A stretch of DNA of 64,000 nt from a virus (taxonomy: Duplodnaviria; Caudoviricetes), in IMG/VR virus record IMGVR_UViG_3300015370_000516, positions 1 through 64,000 of that record; one strand, 5' to 3'. Positions 56,769 to 64,000 of the stretch are shown piece by piece (the first letter of the stretch is position 1; each line of letters begins with the position of its first letter). The notes beneath the pieces are model-generated. The model was not told where the DNA came from. It saw only the letters and a program-made list of their open reading frames with translations, and did no database searches. The position numbers and the translations under genes are program-made.

Positions 56769-58423
56769 GCCTGGAACGTAATAAAATATACGCGATGCAT
56801 GCACTGGACGGACTCAGGGAGATGCCGGATGAGAGTGTACAACTGTGTTTTACCAGCCCGCCATATTTTAACTTAAGAGACTACAAATCAGAGCCACAGA
56901 TTTGGGATGGAGATTCATCGTGTCATCATGTTTGGAGGGGGGTGATTAGCCCAAGACCAAATCAAACTGGAGGGGTGGGATATAGATCGGCAACGCAATT
57001 AGCAAATAGAGGTTCTCACTGTGTAGAATATAATAATCGTGTTAGTTTAAGTAATGTCTGTTCTCTCTGTGGTGCATGGAGAGGAGAACTTGGTCAGGAA
57101 CATACGGTAGAGTTGTATGTTAAGCATCTTAAGGATATTTTTCATGAAGTACATCGAGTTTTGCGTAGAGACGGGATTTTTTATTTGAATCTGTCTGATA
57201 GCTACGCTACCCATGCAAGCAACCGAGCTGGTCAATTTGGCAAGGAAATTAAGGAAGGATTCGATGATGTTTTTACTCGTTCCAAACCCCCAGCCAGTCA
57301 AATGGGGCTTAAAGAAAAAGACCTTTGTGGTATTCCCTGGCGCGTTGCCTTCGCATTACAAGGATTCGCTGTCATTCCAGGCAAGGAACTTAACCGAGCT
57401 GCTGACCTGCTGAAGATCGCCAGAGAAACCCGAGACTGGGAGATGGTAACTGCAGTTGAGGGAATGCTACGTGGTTGGTCATTCCTATCTGAAATACTTG
57501 ATCCTTATTGGCTGCGGTCTGACATTATCTGGTCAAAGAGAAATTGTATGCCATCCAGTGCTACGGATAGACCTACAACTTCGCATGAGTACATTTTTAT
57601 GCTTACCAAAAGCGGAACTACTCAATTCTGGACACATCGTGATTTGAATGGAGTCAGGAAACAGCCAAAGCCTGATTATCGTTGGATACATGAAACAACT
57701 GGAGAAGAGGTGTCAGTTAAACCGATTGGCTGGACTCCTCAGAATAAAATGGGGTGGATTAGAGTCAATCTCTGGGAGGGACATGATTATCTTTATGATG
57801 CTGTGGCTGCGCGAGAGAGATCAATAACGGATCCAAATAGTAAATCCTCTATGACATTTGGGGCAAAACATGGAAAATATAATACTATCGAATTGGCACA
57901 TGCCGCCAATCTTGGGCATAAATGGGTATACGAATCAACTCGCAATCTTCGTTCCGTTTGGACGCTTAGTATTAAGCCCAGACCCGAAAATCATTTTGCC
58001 TCTTTTCCAGACGAACTTTGTAGCTTAGTTATCGAAGCTGGGAGCAGTCACAAGGCTTGTTCTAAATGCAGAGCGGCGTGGATGAGAGTGGTGGGAAAAA
58101 ATGAGAGTGATTGGGAAGAAAGGAAAAGACGGGGGGAACCTAATCGGGCAGGTCTTGCTGGTGCTGCACAAATTGGGTCTGGTAATTATAAAAATCGGGA
58201 ACCCAAAACTCTCGGTTTCCGTCCGTCTTGTGATTGCGAGAACGATGGCTCCGGTCGTTGTCTGGTTCTTGATCCTTTCATGGGGCGTGGTACGGTTGCC
58301 GACGTGGCTCGCAAATTAGGCCGTGATTTCATTGGCTTTGACTTAAATCCTGAATATGTAAAGATGGCATACGATAATTTAGGATCGAAGACGTTTCTGG
58401 AACTATTAGATGGCATCGATTAA
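56765..58423 (+). CDS. DNA amino-methyltransferase with large inserts
   Basis: FTSPPY, WSKRNCMP, HFASFP and VLDPFMGRGT. Confidence 0.9.
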   Translation: MSLERNKIYAMHALDGLREMPDESVQLCFTSPPYFNLRDYKSEPQIWDGDSSCHHVWRGVISPRPNQTGGVGYRSATQLANRGSHCVEYNNRVSLSNVCSLCGAWRGELGQEHTVELYVKHLKDIFHEVHRVLRRDGIFYLNLSDSYATHASNRAGQFGKEIKEGFDDVFTRSKPPASQMGLKEKDLCGIPWRVAFALQGFAVIPGKELNRAADLLKIARETRDWEMVTAVEGMLRGWSFLSEILDPYWLRSDIIWSKRNCMPSSATDRPTTSHEYIFMLTKSGTTQFWTHRDLNGVRKQPKPDYRWIHETTGEEVSVKPIGWTPQNKMGWIRVNLWEGHDYLYDAVAARERSITDPNSKSSMTFGAKHGKYNTIELAHAANLGHKWVYESTRNLRSVWTLSIKPRPENHFASFPDELCSLVIEAGSSHKACSKCRAAWMRVVGKNESDWEERKRRGEPNRAGLAGAAQIGSGNYKNREPKTLGFRPSCDCENDGSGRCLVLDPFMGRGTVADVARKLGRDFIGFDLNPEYVKMAYDNLGSKTFLELLDGID

Positions 58424-60419
58424 AGAGATTGAACAAATGGATGCACTCAGGTCAGCCGACTTGGAAGGTCATGAGGTTGATCCGAGTGTCATTTGGGAAG
58501 AGGAGCCGGCTGCGTCCTTTAGGGAATTTAACGAATCCCAGGCGTATCTGGGGGCGTTTCCCCTATCCGGCAGGCAATACTACGACGTGGAGCAATTGGT
58601 GGGCTTAGAGCCTAAGAATACTTTTAATCCTAACCGTAAATACGATCAGCTTGTTCTGGTTTATGGCAAGGGTGGTGGCAAAGACGAGGTAGCTTCCAGA
58701 ATTGCTCTGTATATCGTTCATCTGCTATTGTGCCTGCGCAGCCCACAAGAATATCTTTTAGGTATTCGCAGTCGTTCTAATTTACACTTGATTAACGTTG
58801 CCAAGAAGGGTAGACAGGCAGAAAAAGTATTTTTTCAATACTTTAAGAACAACTTGTTGGGGTCTCGTTGGTATAAAGACCGGTTTGATATCACGGAACG
58901 AAATCAATGGTATTCCAAGGTAGTCAAACGTTCTAAAGTACGTGGCAAGATTATAGTAACCGGAAACGGAATTATTTTCCCAAAGAACATAGAGGCGGTT
59001 GCCGAAACGACCGAGAACGAATCTTGGGAAGGTTACAATCCGGTGCTTTACGTTCTGGATGAGATTTCTGGGTTCACTTCTGCGGTGGAACTGGAGAAGG
59101 CTTGGAAGATTTATAATACCGCCAAATCATCTACTGATAGCCGAGTAACTCGTAATTTCAAGGGTCTGGGTGTGGTAATGTCCTATCCACGCCAGGACGA
59201 AGGCGATGTTATTCTTGAACTGTTCAAACAATCTCAAGAGGGTGGTAGATGTTTTGGTAGTTTAGCTTATCCCTGGCAGTCTAAGGGTATGCACAATTTT
59301 TCAGCAGATACTTTTGTGCTGAGTCATCCTCGTATTAGTTCCTATTTTGATTTAGAGAGTTGTGGCATAGAGATTCCAGTAAATTTCTTAGGCTCTTTTG
59401 ACTCTCACGACCCGCGTACTCTGGACGATTCTATAACCAAGTTTTTATGTATCCCCCCACCTACGTCTGGTGGGTGGCTGGAATACCCTGAACGAATTAA
59501 GCCTTTGATTTCCTCTAAGACAGATCCAGAATCACCGCGCCACAGGCTTCCCTTGTTTGAGACCCGCGATATAATTGAGCATACCGCTGACCAGGACGGT
59601 AACGTAGTTCACTACTTGATTAAACAATTACAATACTGCCGAGCAAGATCGCCGTATGAACGTCTTGAGATTCCTCGTGTAGCTTGGCTGGATGCTGCTC
59701 AGAAGCACTGTGATGCCGTACTTAGTATTGGGCATCTTGAGCAACGGGTGATTGATTCAGGTGGCCAAGCGGTTAGTATTGAGACTGTTGTGGTTGATGA
59801 TGAGCTTACTTGGAGACCGGATGCCAGTCGGGGAATTCAAGTTTCATTAAGTAATATAGAACAATGGTTGACTGTTATTATCCCAGATAGCATCCGTTTG
59901 GTTGCGGTTGGGGCAGATGCCTGGAACTCAGCTCATCTGGAGGAGAAACTTCGCAAACGTGGGATTAAGGTTGAAATTCATAATCTTAATTTAGAGGACT
60001 ACGATTTGCTGAAACGGCAAATCTACTTAGGGGGCATGGATTTTATAGAAGGTGAAACCCCTGGGCAGCTTAGAAATCTTATCTATGCGGGTGTTAATCA
60101 TAAGCCAGTTAGGAAGCCTGGCTTTCTTCAGGATTTAGCTGACGGGGTTTGTGGTTTAGTTCGTCTGCTGACTGGCCGAGATGCTCGCGGACATCTATCC
60201 GCCGGCCGCCGAGCAATTGAATCTTTGCCGGTTCCGGTAATTGGGGGGATGTCTCCGGTATCAAATCCTATGGATCGCATCGAAGGAGCTCCATCAATGG
60301 GGTCGGGTGGAATAAGAAATATACCACTGCCACGCGGATCGGGGGTACAACGATCTTCCACTCCACCAGCGCAAGGACCCAGCAGAGGATTGCCAAGACC
60401 GGTTACTTTGGGTAGGTAA
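58410..60419 (+). CDS. terL: terminase large subunit
   Basis: Walker A YGKGGGKD, Walker B YVLDEI, motif III MSYP; nuclease LDAA..HCD, GADAWNS and QDLAD. Confidence 0.88.
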   Translation: MASIKEIEQMDALRSADLEGHEVDPSVIWEEEPAASFREFNESQAYLGAFPLSGRQYYDVEQLVGLEPKNTFNPNRKYDQLVLVYGKGGGKDEVASRIALYIVHLLLCLRSPQEYLLGIRSRSNLHLINVAKKGRQAEKVFFQYFKNNLLGSRWYKDRFDITERNQWYSKVVKRSKVRGKIIVTGNGIIFPKNIEAVAETTENESWEGYNPVLYVLDEISGFTSAVELEKAWKIYNTAKSSTDSRVTRNFKGLGVVMSYPRQDEGDVILELFKQSQEGGRCFGSLAYPWQSKGMHNFSADTFVLSHPRISSYFDLESCGIEIPVNFLGSFDSHDPRTLDDSITKFLCIPPPTSGGWLEYPERIKPLISSKTDPESPRHRLPLFETRDIIEHTADQDGNVVHYLIKQLQYCRARSPYERLEIPRVAWLDAAQKHCDAVLSIGHLEQRVIDSGGQAVSIETVVVDDELTWRPDASRGIQVSLSNIEQWLTVIIPDSIRLVAVGADAWNSAHLEEKLRKRGIKVEIHNLNLEDYDLLKRQIYLGGMDFIEGETPGQLRNLIYAGVNHKPVRKPGFLQDLADGVCGLVRLLTGRDARGHLSAGRRAIESLPVPVIGGMSPVSNPMDRIEGAPSMGSGGIRNIPLPRGSGVQRSSTPPAQGPSRGLPRPVTLGR

Positions 60420-60436
60420 CAACTTGGCTTGGTTCA

Positions 60437-60460
60437 TTTTGCACCTGAATTTACTATAAC
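60437..60460 (+). promoter_or_regulatory. candidate late promoter TTTTGCA-N6-TTTACTATAAC
   Basis: Matches 375-398. Confidence 0.5.
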
Positions 60461-60469
60461 CTAAAAGAG

Positions 60470-60626
60470 AATCGTAAGAATGAGATGTTTCGATGTATTA
60501 GTTGTGGGTACACAGAGGATGCTGACCTCAATGCATCTCGAAACATTCTCAATAGATTCCTCTTCCAGGAACATACAGACCCTGGGCAACAAGTTAAATC
60601 CTTGGTATGTTAAGGAGATAATTCCG
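60470..60626 (+). ncRNA. tnpB 3'-end remnant / omega-RNA-like cassette (copy 4)
   Basis: Encodes NRKNEMFRCISCGYTEDADLNASRNILNRF; tail supplies AAGGAG and the GTG start of the next ORF. Confidence 0.75.
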
Positions 60627-61168
60627 TGTCCAATGCTGGGTTAATAGCCCCTGATGGCACTCCGGTCACTGTAGATGAGACTACCGGCAACGTGGTGCGC
60701 GTTCCTGATCCTACAATAGAAGCTGCCAAGCGTTCATGGTCTGATCTTGGTTATCTTGCTGAATGTTTTAGCAATTTCTTAATGGCGATTCAGAAAGGCA
60801 TTCCAAAGGATTATCATTATAAGGATAAGCTGGATTGGGTTTCAGCGGGAGCTCCGCGTTGGTGTGACAAGGACGTTTTTGAGTCTTGGCTTAAAGACCA
60901 AGAGGCTATGTTAGAATGGCGGTTGGTTGAGCTGGAACAAAAGTTTGGCTCTGGAAAACCAGCGGATCTTCAGTTAATAAAAATGCTTGATGGTGGGGAA
61001 TTATCTGATTCAGCCCCGTTTCTGGGTAGGCGGATTAGCGCGGAGCATCGAGAAATCTATGAATGGATTCTGCGCAAATCACAGGAGGCAATCAAAAAAT
61101 ACAAACTTGGTGCTTACTGCTTAAACGATGTAGTAATTGAATTTCAGAGATTGAACGATGCCGCGTAG
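60626..61168 (+). CDS. hypothetical protein
   Basis: GTG start with AAGGAG RBS. Confidence 0.6.
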   Translation: MSNAGLIAPDGTPVTVDETTGNVVRVPDPTIEAAKRSWSDLGYLAECFSNFLMAIQKGIPKDYHYKDKLDWVSAGAPRWCDKDVFESWLKDQEAMLEWRLVELEQKFGSGKPADLQLIKMLDGGELSDSAPFLGRRISAEHREIYEWILRKSQEAIKKYKLGAYCLNDVVIEFQRLNDAA

Positions 61169-61634
61169 CATTAAACAAGGATCTTCCAGAGCCCTGGATG
61201 AAAAGTTAGTTCGTGGTGGTGGCATTACCCAGGCAGTTCGTATAGACGGGGAGGTACGCCATATACCGGTTGCTCCAGATAGTTTATCGGGGTATGAAGA
61301 AGATCTGTCAGAGGGTTTAGATGATCCCAATATTTTAGATGATCCCAGAAGAACGGGGGTTGGTGAGCATTTATATCATGATTCTCCAGGAGCAGCGTTA
61401 CCTTCTGATGGATTTAGTCTTGATGGCTTTCGCCGTCAGCAGTCCAACAGTCAATTAGCTCAGATTATAAACCAGGCGGTTAATGAAATTGTAGCTCAAC
61501 AAGGAGACATATACTTTATGGGGTGGGAACAGGATGATGAATTTGTGCAGGTTACTACGGACTTGGTATTGGCCTCTTTTGATTTCAATCGAGAAGAGGT
61601 TATAAGAGCTATTCGTTCTCGGAGGGTTAGATGA
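61158..61634 (+). CDS. hypothetical acidic protein
   Basis: ORF packing. Confidence 0.55.
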   Translation: MPRSIKQGSSRALDEKLVRGGGITQAVRIDGEVRHIPVAPDSLSGYEEDLSEGLDDPNILDDPRRTGVGEHLYHDSPGAALPSDGFSLDGFRRQQSNSQLAQIINQAVNEIVAQQGDIYFMGWEQDDEFVQVTTDLVLASFDFNREEVIRAIRSRRVR

Positions 61635-62023
61635 TTGTTCCTGGTCTTTCTGAGTTAGAAGCGGTTGACCCGCGTATTATGAACAAGATTGTTGATGTTG
61701 TTTATGGATTGCTGCGTGGTAGACGCTTCTGTTCCCCAGTGGCATTTAATCTTAAGCGTATCAGGTTTAGTAGTTTCTATGCTGACGGTACTGCCGATGG
61801 TGGGTCTATGGAATGGTCTATAGACGTTCAGCCCATCGAGGCAGATTATACACTTACGGCTTACGTAGATGTCGACTGGATCGGTGATATAGTCAAAATT
61901 CCGGCAATTTTTAGGGATAGTCTGGGCAAGCAACGGGGATTTTCTGAGGTATCTCTCAAACGCTTTCTGTACGCTGGGGCGGACTTGTCTGAAAGCGTTC
62001 CACCAATAAGGCCAAGACACTGA
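61631..62023 (+). CDS. hypothetical protein
   Basis: ATGA and TGATG overlaps with its neighbours. Confidence 0.55.
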   Translation: MIVPGLSELEAVDPRIMNKIVDVVYGLLRGRRFCSPVAFNLKRIRFSSFYADGTADGGSMEWSIDVQPIEADYTLTAYVDVDWIGDIVKIPAIFRDSLGKQRGFSEVSLKRFLYAGADLSESVPPIRPRH

Positions 62024-64000
62024 TGCCGCTGATCAAAACAAATCTGGGTGAGGAATTTAAGAGGGCGAGAACCGGGGCTGAATCAGGCCAACTCCAAAAT
62101 GTCATAGCTGCCCCGATGCCTCTTATGGTAAGAGGTGGCCCCGGCAAAGCGGCTTCTATGTCTCGTACTGCCGTAGATGTTGAAAAGTTATCCCCCTTGA
62201 TACGTGACCCACGTCTAAGCCCAGATAATTTCTATTTGCCTTATTATGACCCTACCAGTGGAGAGCCTTCAGCTATATTAAATGAATGGATTTCTTACTA
62301 TTATCGGTATCAGCCTTTGGTGGGCAACGCCATAGACATTCATTCCCAACTACCCATCTCTCGCTTTGGGCTAACAGGTGTGCAGGATCCAGCTATTATG
62401 CGGGTTTACGAGGAAACCGCAGAGGACTTGAATCTCATTGAGAATATGTACTATTTTCTACATTGTTGGTTTCTGTTTGGCGAGGTCATGCCTTATTTTT
62501 GGTGGTCAGAGAAATATAATCGTTTTGTACACATGACATTTATTGATACTTCCAAGGTAAGAGTATTGGGGCATTATCTTTCCTTCTCGGACGAAGGGGA
62601 TTCCACCTTTCGGTATGAATTAATGCCTGATGATTGCTTAAGACATTTAGTCAATTCTTCTGACTCCTACGACCGAGAAATTATAAGAAATTTGGATCCG
62701 GTGATAGTTAGTGCTGTACGGAGAGGCATGAACTTGGAGTTAGACAATTTCAGCACCGAGTTGATTGCCAGTACTTCTAACCCCTGGGAGATTCGGGGAA
62801 CTCCGTTGTTGCTTGGAATACTCAAAGATTTGGTCTATGGAGATACTTTGAGGATGGCGCAGACCGCTGTGGCACAGCGGCTTATAACTCCAATATGGTT
62901 GTGGAAATTAGGCACACCTGGACCAGATGGGTATATGCCCACAGATTCAGACTTGCAAGCCTTCCGAGAGACGCTCATTGCTGCTAACGAAGATCCCTCC
63001 TTTACGATTGTCAGTCACTATGCTGTCACTGCCGAGGTTATCGGGGCTGCTGGTAAGATACTTCCGATAACTAATGAATTGACTTGGGTGGATAAGCGGA
63101 TAATGACCAGGCTGTTCACTAATGAGGCGATAACTACGGGTCAGGGCCCTACGTTTGCTACTGCCTCAATAGCTCTGCGGGCGCTGATGAGCCGGTATCT
63201 TCCTATTAGGGCGATGATGGAGCGGGTATTCAAGCGCAAGGTATTTTTGCCAATAGCGTTAGCAAATGGCTTTTTGGACAAGGATGGGAATCCAATTATA
63301 CCAGACTTTAACTGGAGGCATAAGCAGAGCTTACTTGATGATTCCAGCATTCGATCCTCTCTTTTAGAGTTGCGCAGGAACGGTGAGATGCCTTTAAAGG
63401 TTATTGCCGATTCTATGGATTTGGATTATGAAGAAATGCTTATGTGGCTTGAGAAAGAGCAGGGTACTATTGTGGACCGCCCACTTTACCAGGCCAGAAC
63501 AACTTTTGTAGCTAATGCAGTTGCTCAAGCTAAAGAGGGATTCAAGGGGCTATTGGAAGTTGTCAAGAGTACGTTCTTACGTAGTTCTCAGGAAGAGACG
63601 GTTAAAGAGGATGATAAAGGCAAGAGCGTTCCGGATGGTTATGACGCTGATCAGAATGCAACTTTACCGCAGCCAGGTACAAGTGATAATTTAGGGGCTC
63701 CTAATGTTCCCAAAGGAGATAGCCCACGCGCAAAGCCACCCCAAAAACCCAAAGATCCAACTGGTCCAACTCAAGCCCCAGTAGGTGGGGAAACTGGTGA
63801 AAGGGTACTTGGTAGATCATTCTTGCGAGATAAACAAATCCAGCGGGCAAGAAAACCATCCAATTACCAACCTTTTGTAGTTAAACAAAGTCAACGGACT
63901 TCCGAGCAACAGGTAGAGCCTATTAATGATTGGCAGGAGCGCCTATTAACTTCTCCGATGGATCGGAGTTGCCAAGACAGTGTGCTTGGTGCTGAGAATC
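62023..64000 (+). CDS. portal protein (partial; runs off the window end; missing from the ORF track)
   Basis: Frame from ATG 62023 read by eye with no stop found; LNEWISYYYRYQPLVGNAIDIHSQLP, WFLFGEV.PY, RGTPLL and WLWKLG; downstream of TerL. Confidence 0.8.
   Translation, partial: MPLIKTNLGEEFKRARTGAESGQLQNVIAAPMPLMVRGGPGKAASMSRTAVDVEKLSPLIRDPRLSPDNFYLPYYDPTSGEPSAILNEWISYYYRYQPLVGNAIDIHSQLPISRFGLTGVQDPAIMRVYEETAEDLNLIENMYYFLHCWFLFGEVMPYFWWSEKYNRFVHMTFIDTSKVRVLGHYLSFSDEGDSTFRYELMPDDCLRHLVNSSDSYDREIIRNLDPVIVSAVRRGMNLELDNFSTELIASTSNPWEIRGTPLLLGILKDLVYGDTLRMAQTAVAQRLITPIWLWKLGTPGPDGYMPTDSDLQAFRETLIAANEDPSFTIVSHYAVTAEVIGAAGKILPITNELTWVDKRIMTRLFTNEAITTGQGPTFATASIALRALMSRYLPIRAMMERVFKRKVFLPIALANGFLDKDGNPIIPDFNWRHKQSLLDDSSIRSSLLELRRNGEMPLKVIADSMDLDYEEMLMWLEKEQGTIVDRPLYQARTTFVANAVAQAKEGFKGLLEVVKSTFLRSSQEETVKEDDKGKSVPDGYDADQNATLPQPGTSDNLGAPNVPKGDSPRAKPPQKPKDPTGPTQAPVGGETGERVLGRSFLRDKQIQRARKPSNYQPFVVKQSQRTSEQQVEPINDWQERLLTSPMDRSCQDSVLGAEN

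Noticed and set aside
45110-60419. Inteins or introns in PolA, RecA or TerL
   Set aside because: Lengths are ordinary, motifs are contiguous, and no intein splice motifs or LAGLIDADG/HNH inserts were seen by eye.
436-64000. Alternative genetic code
   Set aside because: Genes pack tightly under the standard code, with TAA, TAG and TGA all acting as stops at gene junctions.
1-64000. Self-targets for the four putative guides within this window
   Set aside because: No match was found by eye apart from their own loci; an exhaustive computational search is needed, so no target is claimed.

Overview
This window is most of a tailed dsDNA phage genome with a contractile tail (Caudoviricetes, host unknown). 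Every convincing gene is on the + strand except one tnpB. Order: head genes (scaffold-like protein, decoration protein, major capsid, neck), a 1651-aa mosaic acidic protein, sheath, tube, tail chaperone with a -1 frameshift, tape measure, baseplate and fibres, a sigma-70-family factor, and an SF2 helicase. Then come a repeat-rich putative origin, a DnaC-like loader, DnaB, a primase Zn-finger-only gene, DnaX, a beta-clamp, an intact tnpB-only IS200/IS605 element and a UDG-PolA fusion. The last part holds three orphan DNA methyltransferases, RecA, SSB, RuvC, a split Rad50/Mre11, the large terminase and a portal gene that runs off the window end. Most notable: four dispersed copies of the 3' end of a second tnpB family (omega-RNA-like, with compensatory stems). 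Two start at the same point just behind promoter-like motifs, and two supply the RBS and GTG start of the next gene, one of which is the sigma factor. Also notable: the 1651-aa protein looks like a polyprotein of acidic modules separated by [KR]-x-A linkers, and there is an unannotated three-way-junction RNA. All calls come from reading motifs by eye; no database searches or folding programs were run.
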